Below are positions 46,826 to 56,433 of a DNA stretch of 64,000 nt, in pieces (within the stretch, counting starts at the first letter, position 1; the number at the start of each line of letters is the position of its first letter). The translations under genes were made by a program, and so were the position numbers. The stretch comes from Bacteroidales bacterium (lineage in GTDB: Bacteria > Bacteroidota > Bacteroidia > Bacteroidales > VadinHA17): contig JBBRSO010000001.1 in the NCBI GenBank assembly GCA_038245405.1, forward strand, positions 9,199 to 73,198, written 5' to 3'. The notes under the pieces are model-generated. The model was not told where the DNA came from, made no database searches, and saw only the letters and a program-made list of their open reading frames with translations.

Positions 46826-49063
46826 ATGGATGTTTCAAAAGTTATACAGCAACATAAAAAGCTATGCACATTAATTTCCGAAAAGAAGATTAAACAGAGT
46901 CTTGATATTCTGTCTAATATGATCAACAGTGCATCATCAGGAGACATGCGTAATGAGTATGAAAACCTGGAGATGACCTACCGGAATATGCTGACTTATA
47001 CCATAGAAGGAATCGAGGACCCCGAAAGAAACAAGATTTATCTTAAGCTCATACAATCTATTCTTGGCTTATCGGACAGAGCAAGGCAGGACATATTGTC
47101 ACATAATTCAGGATGGCATACCTACTGGGTAAAACAACAGACTGAGAAAGAAATGAAGCTCAGCGGAAAAACAATTATAGAAACGGTTGATGATCTGGTG
47201 TTTAAGTTAGAACTGGATGAATGGCTCAAATTAAGCCACGAGATCAATCCCGACCCTGATTCGGAAATATCAAGGAAACACAAGCATCTGATTAAGAACA
47301 TGTTCAACCATCTCTGGTTAACAGATTATTATGGTGAGGCTGAAAAGAGTCTTATAAATATTATCCTGAAATCTGGAAAATTCAGATGGTATGAAGCAAG
47401 TCTGTTTACAACAGCTATCACATTGAGTTCTTTCAGAACATGGCAATCGGAAAAACTTATTCATCTTATAAATATCTATAAGGCCGGACAGCAGCAGGTT
47501 ATGGAAAGGGCTCTCACGGGACTAATACTGAATCTTCATTACTACAACAACAGGATCATGCTATACCCCGACGTAACTGACAGGATTATTGAGATGAGCC
47601 GTGAGACAAGATTCAGAGAACATTGCAGGATTATAGTATTCCAGATCATACGTTCCCGTGAAACAGAGAACCTGAGCCGTAAGCTTCAGAATGAGATACT
47701 GCCACAGGTGGCGAAACTAAAGCCTATGATTGAGGAGAAACTTGATCTGGATAATATCCTGCCTAAAGATAAGATGGAGGAGAAAAATCCTGACTGGTCT
47801 GAAATGTTCAGTGATTCAGAGGAGATATTCAAGACCATGGAAGAGTTGACAAAGCTTCAAATGGAAGGAGCGGATGTTTACATGTCAGCATTCGCAAATA
47901 TGAAGCATTTCGATTTTTTTAAGGACTTTCAAAATTGGTTTGTACCATTTTATCCCGACCATGAAACGGTTGATGAGATTTACAGGGACGAGATACTCGG
48001 TCCGGGCACGAATGAGCTTGCAGAGGCTTTATACAAGACGCCATTCATCTGCAACTCGGACAAATATTCTCTGCTACTTAATCTGAAATATCTGCCTTCA
48101 GCACAGAAAAGCATGATGTTAAAAGTATTCAGGATGGAACTTGAAGGCTTGCAGCAGTTAAACGAGGAAGACTCCAGCACAGATCCTTATAAAGAATATA
48201 GGACATCGATAACACAATATCTGCAGGATATCTACAGGTTTTTTAAGCTTTCACCTTATAAAAAAGAATTTGAAGATCTGTTTATAGGTAAGCTTGATAT
48301 TTACAATTCTGAATTTTTCAAACTTACATGCAATGCTTCGGAAGCGGAAGCAGGTCTTGCCGATTATTTTTTCAGCAAGAATTTTTACGCTGATGCTCTT
48401 CAGCTTTTTCTCAAACAACTGAATGAAACGCCTTCTGATATACAGTTATATGAAAAAATTGGTTATTGTTACCAGGAGATCTCAGATTATGAGGAGGCAC
48501 TCAAGTTTTACAAAAGAGCCGACCTGATCGACAGGAAGGTCTGGACAATAAAGAAAATCGGGTTTTGTCTCCGGAGATTAGGTAAGAATGAAGATGCCCT
48601 CGAATACTATCAGCAAGCTTATGAACTTGAGCCTAAGAATATTCATACTGTTATTATGATAGCACACTGCTATCTGGATCTAAGAAATTATGAAGAAGGA
48701 TTGAAGTATTATTTCAGAGTTGAATATAATGAACCTGGTAATCTTAAAATACTCAGACCAATTGCATTCTGTTATTTTGCGCTTGGACGTTTTGACGAAT
48801 CAGAGAAATATTATGAGAGGCTGTCTGCCGGTAAGCTAAATTCTCATGATCTTATAAACAAAGGTCATCTAGCTCTATGCCAGGGTAAGAAAAAAGAAGC
48901 TGTGAATCTATACAAACAGAGTTTGGGAACAGGGGAATTAAAAAAAGATCAGTTTGTAACTATCTTTGCTGAAGATCGCACACTACTCATTTCTCTTGGA
49001 GTTAATCCTGATGATTTGCCAATCCTTCTTGACTATTTACTATTTAATGTCTCTCAACCTTAA
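46826..49063 (+). CDS. TPR-repeat protein with a large N-terminal domain of unknown function
   Basis: The C-terminal ~250 aa show repeated A..Y/F...L..(D/E)P.N TPR-like units (ALKFYKRADLID, ALEYYQQAYELEPKN, GLKYYFRVEYNEPGN). The N-terminal ~480 aa are unassigned. Confidence 0.7.
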   Translation: MDVSKVIQQHKKLCTLISEKKIKQSLDILSNMINSASSGDMRNEYENLEMTYRNMLTYTIEGIEDPERNKIYLKLIQSILGLSDRARQDILSHNSGWHTYWVKQQTEKEMKLSGKTIIETVDDLVFKLELDEWLKLSHEINPDPDSEISRKHKHLIKNMFNHLWLTDYYGEAEKSLINIILKSGKFRWYEASLFTTAITLSSFRTWQSEKLIHLINIYKAGQQQVMERALTGLILNLHYYNNRIMLYPDVTDRIIEMSRETRFREHCRIIVFQIIRSRETENLSRKLQNEILPQVAKLKPMIEEKLDLDNILPKDKMEEKNPDWSEMFSDSEEIFKTMEELTKLQMEGADVYMSAFANMKHFDFFKDFQNWFVPFYPDHETVDEIYRDEILGPGTNELAEALYKTPFICNSDKYSLLLNLKYLPSAQKSMMLKVFRMELEGLQQLNEEDSSTDPYKEYRTSITQYLQDIYRFFKLSPYKKEFEDLFIGKLDIYNSEFFKLTCNASEAEAGLADYFFSKNFYADALQLFLKQLNETPSDIQLYEKIGYCYQEISDYEEALKFYKRADLIDRKVWTIKKIGFCLRRLGKNEDALEYYQQAYELEPKNIHTVIMIAHCYLDLRNYEEGLKYYFRVEYNEPGNLKILRPIAFCYFALGRFDESEKYYERLSAGKLNSHDLINKGHLALCQGKKKEAVNLYKQSLGTGELKKDQFVTIFAEDRTLLISLGVNPDDLPILLDYLLFNVSQP

Positions 49064-49525
49064 AGAATCATCTTTCCCGGGAAACCTGCCACCTCTGCCA
49101 GGGTCGTCGAAGTGACGTCTGCCGCGTCTTATGTCAGCAGTATCATTGTTGTGGTCTTTCCAGTTATGCCTTATCATTTGCTGACGTTTGTCGTCGAGAT
49201 CCTTCAATCTGGCAAGCTGGTCTTTTGTAAGTTTTGAATCGATCTCTTTTCTGAATTCTTTCATACTTTCATCAAGCTCCTTTCTGAAATTGGTCTGGAT
49301 CCCACTGTTTATTTTAGCATATTTATCGAGAATGACTTCAATTTTTGCTTTCTGCTGTTCATCAGGTTGTATTGCGTTGTAAAATCCATCCCTGAATCTT
49401 TCTTCGGAAAAATAAACTCTTACAGGATTTAATCTGTGCGCTCTCAACTGGGCTGAAGTTAGCATACCAATAACAAATCCGATGATAAGAGTGAAAAGGA
49501 TAACGAGTATCGATCTGGTTTTCAT
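49040..49525 (-). CDS. Periplasmic Spy/CpxP-like (LTxxQ-type) protein with N-terminal anchor
   Basis: N-terminal TM/signal segment. Helical, charged body with LTKDQLARLKDL. Third gene of an ECF sigma cluster. Confidence 0.55.
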   Translation of the reverse strand: MKTRSILVILFTLIIGFVIGMLTSAQLRAHRLNPVRVYFSEERFRDGFYNAIQPDEQQKAKIEVILDKYAKINSGIQTNFRKELDESMKEFRKEIDSKLTKDQLARLKDLDDKRQQMIRHNWKDHNNDTADIRRGRRHFDDPGRGGRFPGKDDSLRLRDIK

Positions 49526-49531
49526 TGTATA

Positions 49532-49885
49532 CTAATTACCGGTTAAAAGACTAACAATACTTTCATTATAGTTATCACTTAATCCCAGAAATGAATTGAA
49601 TGATAATGATCCTTCATTTAAAAAAATAGAAATAAGAAGGATAATAATAGCAGCGATACCGGTTAGAGCAACACGGTAGAAGGCAAAATTCATGTATTTT
49701 ACAAATTCAACCTGTTTTGTTAAACTTAGTCCGGCAGAGAATAATTTATTAACTACTTTGTCGCTGAATGCTTCATTGAAATTATATGCCAGACCCACAT
49801 TCTCAAGAACGTCAGGAACTTTTGATGTATCAGTTTCTGCTTTCAGGGAATCGATTATCAGTAGTTTAATTTCTGATGTGTTCAT
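49532..49885 (-). CDS. Single-pass membrane protein, candidate anti-sigma factor partner
   Basis: 117 aa with one C-terminal-half TM helix (VALTGIAAIIILLISIFL). Lies directly downstream of the ECF sigma factor gene. Confidence 0.4.
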   Translation of the reverse strand: MNTSEIKLLIIDSLKAETDTSKVPDVLENVGLAYNFNEAFSDKVVNKLFSAGLSLTKQVEFVKYMNFAFYRVALTGIAAIIILLISIFLNEGSLSFNSFLGLSDNYNESIVSLLTGN

Positions 49886-49900
49886 TGTGGTTATAATATT

Positions 49901-50461
49901 TTATAGTTTTAAAAGAATATTTTTAAGCTGTCCCTGTGCACGGGATAATCTGGAAAGTACAGTACCCAATGGCAGATCGAGTATTTCAGCCGTCTCTTTA
50001 GTTGAATATCCCTGCAGCATCCTCATGGTAACAATAATTCTGAATTTCGGGTCCATTTCTGATAATGCTTTATTAACCAATTCAGCAGCTTCACTCCTTT
50101 CTTCCGAACTATGATCTGCAATTTCAATCTCATGCATTTCATTATTACCTTTGTGCGAGAATGTTGAAAAGAATCTTTTCCGCTTCTTTATCTCATTTAG
50201 TGTCAGATTCACAGCTATTCTCTGAATGTATGTTGAAAGTTTAGCGTCTCCCCTGAATTCAGGTAAAGCATAAAAAAGATTAATAAATACTTCCTGTCCA
50301 ATATCCTCAGCAAAAACAGAATCTCCGAGCATTCCTTTTACCGTACGTGCAACCATTTTCTGATAGCGATTTACAATTACTCCAAATGCTTTTTTATCAC
50401 CATTGAGAGATGCTTTTATCAGATCATATTCTTCTGTTACGATGTACGACTCGTTGATCAT
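49901..50461 (-). CDS. ECF-type RNA polymerase sigma-70 family factor
   Basis: Region 2 (YQKMVARTV..ML.D...AEDIGQEVFI) and region 4 HTH (LQGYSTKETAEILDLPLGTVLSRLSRA). Confidence 0.88.
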   Translation of the reverse strand: MINESYIVTEEYDLIKASLNGDKKAFGVIVNRYQKMVARTVKGMLGDSVFAEDIGQEVFINLFYALPEFRGDAKLSTYIQRIAVNLTLNEIKKRKRFFSTFSHKGNNEMHEIEIADHSSEERSEAAELVNKALSEMDPKFRIIVTMRMLQGYSTKETAEILDLPLGTVLSRLSRAQGQLKNILLKL

Positions 50462-50594
50462 ACTAATGCTATAGACAAATTATGACTACAAAATATTCCC
50501 GATTGTTAATTATTATTAACATAACTTCCCTTTATTACCTCCAAAAAAGTAAAAATCCATTGACTTTTCCAACTGCAAGGGATAAGTCACTGAA

Positions 50595-52562
50595 TTATTG
50601 AGTTTTTTTATTATCATCTTCCAGGATAACTTCGTAGTCTTTTGCATATCTTACCATGAAAAGCTTCTGGTTTTCAAATCCATCGCCCGGATTTCTACGA
50701 ATGAAATCATATTCGCTCTGAAGCAATTCAGGGTAATGAATTTCGGGATGCTCAACAAACCTGCTACCGTTCAATGCTATACCGCTTAAGAAGTAGTAGG
50801 CTATATCATAACCTTGCCATGCATAGCTTTTTTCGAGAGGCTGAGTGTGAAATTTATTCAGGTAATTATTATTAAACTGCTTAACTATCTTTTTAGAATA
50901 ATCAATCCAGTAAGGTGAATAGACGAGGATATCCATATCAAAAAGTTCCTTCTGTTCAAGTCTGTTAAGTTCCCTGATTATCGGATATGCAAAGACCTTT
51001 ATATCAAAACGACGTGAAAGGCTGCTGATATTATCAATTAACTCACTTATTACCGGGGCATCTTCCGAAGCGATAATGATAATGTTTTTTGACTGTTCAG
51101 AAAGAGCATGACTAAGCCTGTTTATTGAATCGTTGTTAAACATCGACTTACTGTAAAACTTAAATTCTTTAAACCTGATATCCTCATATGGAATCTTATA
51201 GCTCAATTCAGAAAATATCAGACTTTTAAACCTTTTGACATCGTAATCTATGCCAGCTGTATCGGCATTGACAAAAACGATATTATGATCGTAGTACTCA
51301 CTGATTTTTTTTGCCAGTGCTTTCTGCGCAATTTCCAGGGATGAACTGGCCATAAAAAGAGTCGGATTCCTTATCAATGCAGAATTATTCATAAGCGGAA
51401 CCGGTGATACGACTGGGATCCCACGTGTGGCAGCATATGATGATACTATTGCAAGGTTATGCGAGTATACTGGTCCAATTATGAGATCCATTGTTGACAG
51501 GTTACCCGAATTTATTAATCTGGTTACTCCAACCGTATCACTCTTAACATCGTATGTATGAATGTTTACATTCAGACCCAGTGAACGCAGCGTATCGGCC
51601 GCAAGCAGAATCCCATTGTACATTTCTATAAAATCAATACTACCGGGATAGATCCAGTCCTCAGAAACAATTGTGGTTTTATATTTTCCCTTTATCAGCT
51701 TAGTTGAGTCAGTGTCGGTACGAGTGGCATTCTTTGAAAGATAGAATGGCAGTAAAACTGCTACATCTAATGAGCCTTTCAGATCTTTTACGGGAGTAAA
51801 CCCTGCTGATTTGTCTACGTTCAATGTCTGTATTTCAGCTACCGGTACAACGGTATCCATCTTTACTTGTTCAGCCTCCTCTTCTATTTCTGCTTTTTTA
51901 GCTCCCGGGATCCTTACATAATCTCCTACCTGAGGAAATCTGACATCCTTGTTATCCTTTCTTACTTGCCTTACCGATAAACCATATAGTCTGGCAATTG
52001 ATGAAAGAGTTTCACCCATTAATACTTTGTGATATATATAGTTATTATCATTATCGTCAAATTTCTGCTGGGTATTCATGAACTCCCGTTTCGGAATAGC
52101 AAGTTCAGTTCCTATGGATAGCTTTGTCAATTCTAGTCCGGGGTTACTCTGCATAATATCATTTTCAGAAACCCCAAATATTTTTGAAAGTGAATATATT
52201 GTTTCTCCGGGATTAAGATTGTGATAGATGAAACGGGTATCATCATGTTTTTTAATTACTGTATCGACGGCGGTTTTAGGATCTGTAACCAACTGGACCG
52301 GAATCCTGAGAGTCTGTCCTTCATTTATTCCATACACGGCGGGAGGATTCTCCCGGGTAAGATCTTCAACGGATATTCCGTAGGCTCTGGATATTGAATA
52401 TGCAGTTTCTCCCTTTTTTACCTGGTGTACAAAATACGCTATACCAGATATGACTACTTTGTTTTTCGATCTCTCAACAGGTACCTGCGAATGTGCAGCA
52501 TTGTTGATGAAAAGGAAACAGAATAAAACCGGCAGAATTTTTATCAGGTTAAAAATTTTCAT
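50595..52562 (-). CDS. Triple-LysM protein fused to a periplasmic-binding-protein type I-like domain
   Basis: Signal peptide. Three LysM units (H.V..GET.YSIS..YG, Y.L.PGETIYSLSKIFG, H.V..GETLSSIARLYG). Followed by an alpha/beta PBP-like C-terminal ~400 aa. Confidence 0.8.
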   Translation of the reverse strand: MKIFNLIKILPVLFCFLFINNAAHSQVPVERSKNKVVISGIAYFVHQVKKGETAYSISRAYGISVEDLTRENPPAVYGINEGQTLRIPVQLVTDPKTAVDTVIKKHDDTRFIYHNLNPGETIYSLSKIFGVSENDIMQSNPGLELTKLSIGTELAIPKREFMNTQQKFDDNDNNYIYHKVLMGETLSSIARLYGLSVRQVRKDNKDVRFPQVGDYVRIPGAKKAEIEEEAEQVKMDTVVPVAEIQTLNVDKSAGFTPVKDLKGSLDVAVLLPFYLSKNATRTDTDSTKLIKGKYKTTIVSEDWIYPGSIDFIEMYNGILLAADTLRSLGLNVNIHTYDVKSDTVGVTRLINSGNLSTMDLIIGPVYSHNLAIVSSYAATRGIPVVSPVPLMNNSALIRNPTLFMASSSLEIAQKALAKKISEYYDHNIVFVNADTAGIDYDVKRFKSLIFSELSYKIPYEDIRFKEFKFYSKSMFNNDSINRLSHALSEQSKNIIIIASEDAPVISELIDNISSLSRRFDIKVFAYPIIRELNRLEQKELFDMDILVYSPYWIDYSKKIVKQFNNNYLNKFHTQPLEKSYAWQGYDIAYYFLSGIALNGSRFVEHPEIHYPELLQSEYDFIRRNPGDGFENQKLFMVRYAKDYEVILEDDNKKTQ

Positions 52563-52590
52563 TGTTTTAATATTATTTAACTCTCCTGAA

Positions 52591-53541
52591 TTATAACGAT
52601 TTAAGAAATTTTATACAATTCTTCTCTATCCTGTCCGGAACGTTTGTTATATCTGCTTTTACAAATTTCTCACCTGTAATCCGTTCAAATAGCTCGATGT
52701 ATCGTTCTGATACCTGGTTTACAAAGTCATCTGTCATATCTGGCACAACCTGACCTGTAAGTCCCTGAAATCCGTTTTGCATAAGCCATTCCCTTACAAA
52801 CTCCTTAGATAGCTGCTTCTGTGGCAAGCTCTTTTCAAAGTTCTCCTGGTAAGAATCAGCATAGAAGTACCTCGACGAATCTGGTGTATTTATCTCGTCG
52901 ATAAGGTAGATCTTTCCATCCTTCTTGCCAAATTCATATTTAGTATCTACAAGAATCAGACCATGCTGCAATGCAATTTCAGAACCCTTAAGGAATACAT
53001 CCATTGTATACTGTTCAATAATACGGTATTCTTCTTCCGGAATAAGCCCTGTTCTTATGATCTCTTCGCGTGAGATATCTTCATCGTGCCTTCCCTGTTC
53101 TGCCTTTGTGGTAGGTGTTATTATGGGAGAAGCAAAACGCTGGTGTTCTCTCATTCCCTCCGGAATTTTAATACCGCAGATATCTCTTGAACCTGAGTTA
53201 TAAGTCCTCCAAGAGCTTCCTGTCAGAAATCCCCTCACAATCATTTCTATCGGATATGGTTTACACCTGTGACCGAAAGTAACTGTAGGATCGGGCGTTG
53301 CAATTTTCCAGTTGGGAACGATGTCACTTGTTGCATCCAGAAATTTTGCTGCTATCTGATTAAGCACCTGTCCTTTATAAGGAATACCTTTGGGAAGCAC
53401 CACATCAAATGCGGAGATCCTGTCGGAAACGATCATGAGAAGATATTTGTCATTTATGTTATAAACGTCTCTTACTTTTCCCTTATAGATACTTTTCTGA
53501 CCCGGGAAATTGTAGCTGGATGTTAAGATTGTCTTTGCCAT
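52591..53541 (-). CDS. purC: Phosphoribosylaminoimidazole-succinocarboxamide synthase
   Basis: [26 protein letters not shown] and DE..TPDSSR motifs of the long-form SAICAR synthetase. Confidence 0.92.
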   Translation of the reverse strand: MAKTILTSSYNFPGQKSIYKGKVRDVYNINDKYLLMIVSDRISAFDVVLPKGIPYKGQVLNQIAAKFLDATSDIVPNWKIATPDPTVTFGHRCKPYPIEMIVRGFLTGSSWRTYNSGSRDICGIKIPEGMREHQRFASPIITPTTKAEQGRHDEDISREEIIRTGLIPEEEYRIIEQYTMDVFLKGSEIALQHGLILVDTKYEFGKKDGKIYLIDEINTPDSSRYFYADSYQENFEKSLPQKQLSKEFVREWLMQNGFQGLTGQVVPDMTDDFVNQVSERYIELFERITGEKFVKADITNVPDRIEKNCIKFLKSL

Positions 53542-53556
53542 TTTTTTGTTTTTATC

Positions 53557-53651
53557 CTCAGTGGTCCTCTATGTCTCCTCTGTGTCTCTTTGTGTAACTA
53601 AAAAGAAGAACTTACACAGAGTTGCACAGGGAAGCACAGAGGACCACAGAG
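53557..53651. repeat. CACAGAG-type long imperfect hairpin element, copy 2
   Basis: The left arm CTCAGTGGTCCTCTATG... pairs with the right arm ...CACAGAGGACCACAGAG (15/17 at the outer end). The right arm has a 10-bp period (CACAGAGTTG CACAGGGAAG CACAGAGGAC CACAGAG). It fills the phoH-purC gap. Confidence 0.7.
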
Positions 53652-53652
53652 T

Positions 53653-54642
53653 TTATTTATTATTATTTTTCACCTTTTCTGTTTCAATTTCTTCATTTTC
53701 ATAAGCTCTCACTATTCTCTTCACCAGTTTGTGTCTCACGATATCGTCTTCGCCGAATTTTATTATTGAGATGCCTTCAATTCCAGCAAGAATTCTCATC
53801 GCCATCAGCAAGCCTGAATCGGTTTTCTTGGGAAGGTCGATCTGTGTAGTATCGCCTGTCATGATAAATTTTGAGCTAACCCCCATCCTTGTCAGAAACA
53901 TCTTAAGCTGGCTTATAGTAGCATTTTGTGCCTCATCGAGTATGACGAATGCATTTTCCAGAGTACGTCCTCTCATAAAAGCCAGTGGTGCGATCTGCAC
54001 TGTACCATCTTCGAGCCATGTCTCAAGTTTCTTGAATGGCAGCATGTCGTGAAGAGCGTCGTAAAGCGGCTGCAGGTACGGATCAAGCTTCTCTTTCATG
54101 TCGCCCGGAAGAAACCCCAGTCTCTCGCCAGCTTCCACCGCGGGACGGGTAAGAATTATTTTTTTTACTTCCCTGTCCTTGAGAGCCTTTACTGCCAGAG
54201 CAATTGACGTATATGTCTTTCCAGTTCCCGCAGGGCCTTCTGCAATTATCAGATCATTAGACTTATAATCATTTACAAGAAGCAACTGGTTAACAGTCCT
54301 GGCACGGACCGGCTTTCCGCTTGTTCCGAAGATAAGTACCTGTTCAAAATCACCATTTGATGCGGATTTCATATGATCTGCATCAAAGAGGTATTTCTCA
54401 ATATCCTGTATATCGAGTCGGTGGTATTTTCTGTAATACTCAATGAGCTCATTAAATTTCCCGGCAAATAATGTTATCTCGCTCTCCTCTCCCATACATT
54501 TTATCTCATTGCCTCTGGCCATGATTTTTATTTTAGGAAAAAAGCTGCGGATTTTATCAAGCAGCGAATTGTTTGTGCCGAAGAAAACTACGGGATCAAT
54601 ATCTTCAAGAAAAATGCTTATCTCTGTCATTAAACCTAACAA
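53653..54642 (-). CDS. phoH: PhoH-family ATPase
   Basis: Walker A GPAGTGKTY, Walker B FVILDEAQN, and TGD..Q.DLP. Confidence 0.9.
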   Translation of the reverse strand: MLGLMTEISIFLEDIDPVVFFGTNNSLLDKIRSFFPKIKIMARGNEIKCMGEESEITLFAGKFNELIEYYRKYHRLDIQDIEKYLFDADHMKSASNGDFEQVLIFGTSGKPVRARTVNQLLLVNDYKSNDLIIAEGPAGTGKTYTSIALAVKALKDREVKKIILTRPAVEAGERLGFLPGDMKEKLDPYLQPLYDALHDMLPFKKLETWLEDGTVQIAPLAFMRGRTLENAFVILDEAQNATISQLKMFLTRMGVSSKFIMTGDTTQIDLPKKTDSGLLMAMRILAGIEGISIIKFGEDDIVRHKLVKRIVRAYENEEIETEKVKNNNK

Positions 54643-54777
54643 AAATTAAAGGTCGTAATTCCCATATCCCGGATTCTGATCGAAACATGGTAAATAGTTC
54701 ATAAAAAAAATCAATGTACCGTACAAAGTAAGGTTATTTTTTGCTTAGAAGATTATCTTTGTTATAAGTTTTTTAAT

Positions 54778-55572
54778 ATGCCGGTAATTACATTAACAAC
54801 AGAGTGGAAGCCCGATGATGTCTATCATGGAATCATTAAGGGCAAGCTTTGCAGTAAATGCCCGGGAACAATCATTATCGATAATGCAGGCAACATACCT
54901 GCTTTCAATATCTCTCAAGCCTCCTTCATTATCAGGAATACTTATAATAATTATCCAAAAGGGACAGTTCATATCATTTGTGTTCATTCTGAAGCATATT
55001 CTGGTCAGGACCATCTGATAGTCAGAGCCAGAGAGCATTACTTCATTGGGACAGATAATGGTATTTTTAAACTTATTTTGAATTCTGAACCCGACGAGGT
55101 AATAAAAATTGACAATCCGGGAAACATGGATGAGCTTGAAATATTTGCCAAAGCTGCAGCAGATATTATTTCAGGCAGGAAACTGTCAGAACTTGGCAAA
55201 TCCGTTGCAAGTCTCAGTGAAAGAGTTCCACTCAGGGCAACGATCGATAAAGATGTAATAATAGGAAGTATAATATTTATCGACTCTTACGGGAATGCTA
55301 TTTCAAATATCACAAAAGAAATCTTCTATCGTGTGTTTGAAAATAAAGCATACAGGATCCTTATTCAGAGCAATAAAAACTATACAGACAGCATTTCAAA
55401 CAGATATAGCGATGTACCTGTAGGCGAGATGCTGGCAAGGTTTAATCAATTCGATCTTCTTGAAATCTCAATAAACGGTGCAGATGTGTCTGAATTACTC
55501 AGCCTCACAGTCGGATCGGTATTGCGGATTGATAATGCCACCAAAACTGCCTCACCAAACCGTTTGTTTTAA
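54778..55572 (+). CDS. SAM hydrolase / SAM hydroxide adenosyltransferase family protein (DUF62)
   Basis: N-terminal LTTEW/DFG-like start, V.DPGV-like region replaced by ICVHSE, and the diagnostic I.FIDSYGNAISNI segment. Confidence 0.75.
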   Translation: MPVITLTTEWKPDDVYHGIIKGKLCSKCPGTIIIDNAGNIPAFNISQASFIIRNTYNNYPKGTVHIICVHSEAYSGQDHLIVRAREHYFIGTDNGIFKLILNSEPDEVIKIDNPGNMDELEIFAKAAADIISGRKLSELGKSVASLSERVPLRATIDKDVIIGSIIFIDSYGNAISNITKEIFYRVFENKAYRILIQSNKNYTDSISNRYSDVPVGEMLARFNQFDLLEISINGADVSELLSLTVGSVLRIDNATKTASPNRLF

Positions 55573-55582
55573 TACTTACCTT

Positions 55583-56365
55583 ATGAATGATAAAAATAAC
55601 AGCCTTGAAGAGTTTAAAAGGCTTCTTGAGATAATTGATGAACTCAGGATAAAATGTCCCTGGGATATGAAGCAGACAAATGAAAGTCTGAGGAAATTAA
55701 CGATTGAAGAAACTTACGAGCTCGCGGATGCCATATCTTCGGGAAGTAATGAAGAAATAAAAAATGAGCTGGGCGATCTTATGCTTCACCTTGTTTTTTA
55801 TGCAAAAATAGCCTCGGAAAATGGTTTTTTTACTATGACTGATGTGTTGCAAGGCATCAACAAAAAACTGATTTACAGGCATCCTCACGTTTTTGGTGAT
55901 GTAAAAGTTTCAGGTGCTTCAGAGGTTGAGGAGAACTGGGAGCAACTTAAGATTAAAGAGAATACAGGATATAAACCTGTTCTTTCTGGTGTTCCTTCCT
56001 CGTTACCTGCAATAATAAAAGCCAATCGTATACAGGAAAAGGTGAGGGGTGTTGGCTTTGACTGGGAAAACCGTGAGGAGATCTGGGATAAAGTTCAGGA
56101 AGAGATTTCTGAACTTAAAACCGAGATAGAAAACCATGATACCGCTTCGATTGAATCAGAACTTGGCGATGTACTTTTTTCAATCATAAATGCGGCCAGG
56201 CTTTATGATATTGATCCTGAGGCAGCTCTTGAGAAAACAAACAGAAAGTTCATAAAAAGATTTAATTATCTTGAAAATGAAACACTTATAAAGGGTATTT
56301 CATTGCACGATATGAGTCTGGATGAGATGAATGTGATATGGGAGAAAGCGAAGGAGGGTGACTAG
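55583..56365 (+). CDS. mazG: Nucleoside triphosphate pyrophosphohydrolase MazG
   Basis: L..LR..CPWD..QT..SL....IEE.YEL.DAI, E.GD...H and a second EXXE/D repeat. Start chosen at MNDKNN (55583). The longer ORF from 55478 would overlap the upstream gene. Confidence 0.88.
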   Translation: MNDKNNSLEEFKRLLEIIDELRIKCPWDMKQTNESLRKLTIEETYELADAISSGSNEEIKNELGDLMLHLVFYAKIASENGFFTMTDVLQGINKKLIYRHPHVFGDVKVSGASEVEENWEQLKIKENTGYKPVLSGVPSSLPAIIKANRIQEKVRGVGFDWENREEIWDKVQEEISELKTEIENHDTASIESELGDVLFSIINAARLYDIDPEAALEKTNRKFIKRFNYLENETLIKGISLHDMSLDEMNVIWEKAKEGD

Positions 56366-56417
56366 AGTGACTAGAGTGACTAAAGTGACTAGAGTGACTA
56401 GAGTGACTAAAGTGACT
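56358..56417. repeat. Nonamer array GTGACTARA x ~6.7 (a 27-bp super-unit repeated twice)
   Basis: Units read directly from the sequence. 56358-56384 equals 56385-56411. The first unit contains the mazG stop codon. Confidence 0.8.
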
Positions 56418-56433
56418 TTGAGACGGAAATAAA

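Noticed and set aside
49040-49063. 24-bp convergent overlap of the TPR gene and the Spy/CpxP-like gene 3' ends
   Set aside because: This is a real feature of the ORFs but is common in compact genomes. There is no evidence of functional significance beyond possible lack of a terminator.
53622-53849. 75-aa ORF (plus) starting MHREAQRTTEF
   Set aside because: It starts inside the CACAGAG hairpin arm and continues antisense to phoH. It is a repeat artefact.
54754-54761. TATCTTTG as the -7 box for the SAM-hydrolase gene
   Set aside because: The motif matches TAnnTTTG, but the nearest upstream TTTG is only 10 nt away and the leader would be very short. The case is ambiguous, so it is not listed as a feature.
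55478-55582. Upstream extension of mazG (start at 55478)
   Set aside because: It would overlap the preceding SAM-hydrolase gene by 95 nt and adds a non-conserved Cys-rich peptide. MNDKNNSLEEF at 55583 matches typical MazG N-termini.
53653-56365. PhoH - SAM hydrolase - MazG considered as a toxin/defence-like cluster
   Set aside because: All three are widely conserved housekeeping-type genes in Bacteroidota. They lie on different strands, and no partner antitoxin or nuclease modules are present.
44143-56417. Short tandem arrays considered as CRISPR arrays
   Set aside because: Units are 7-27 bp with no unique spacers between them, and no cas genes are present in the window. They are not CRISPR.
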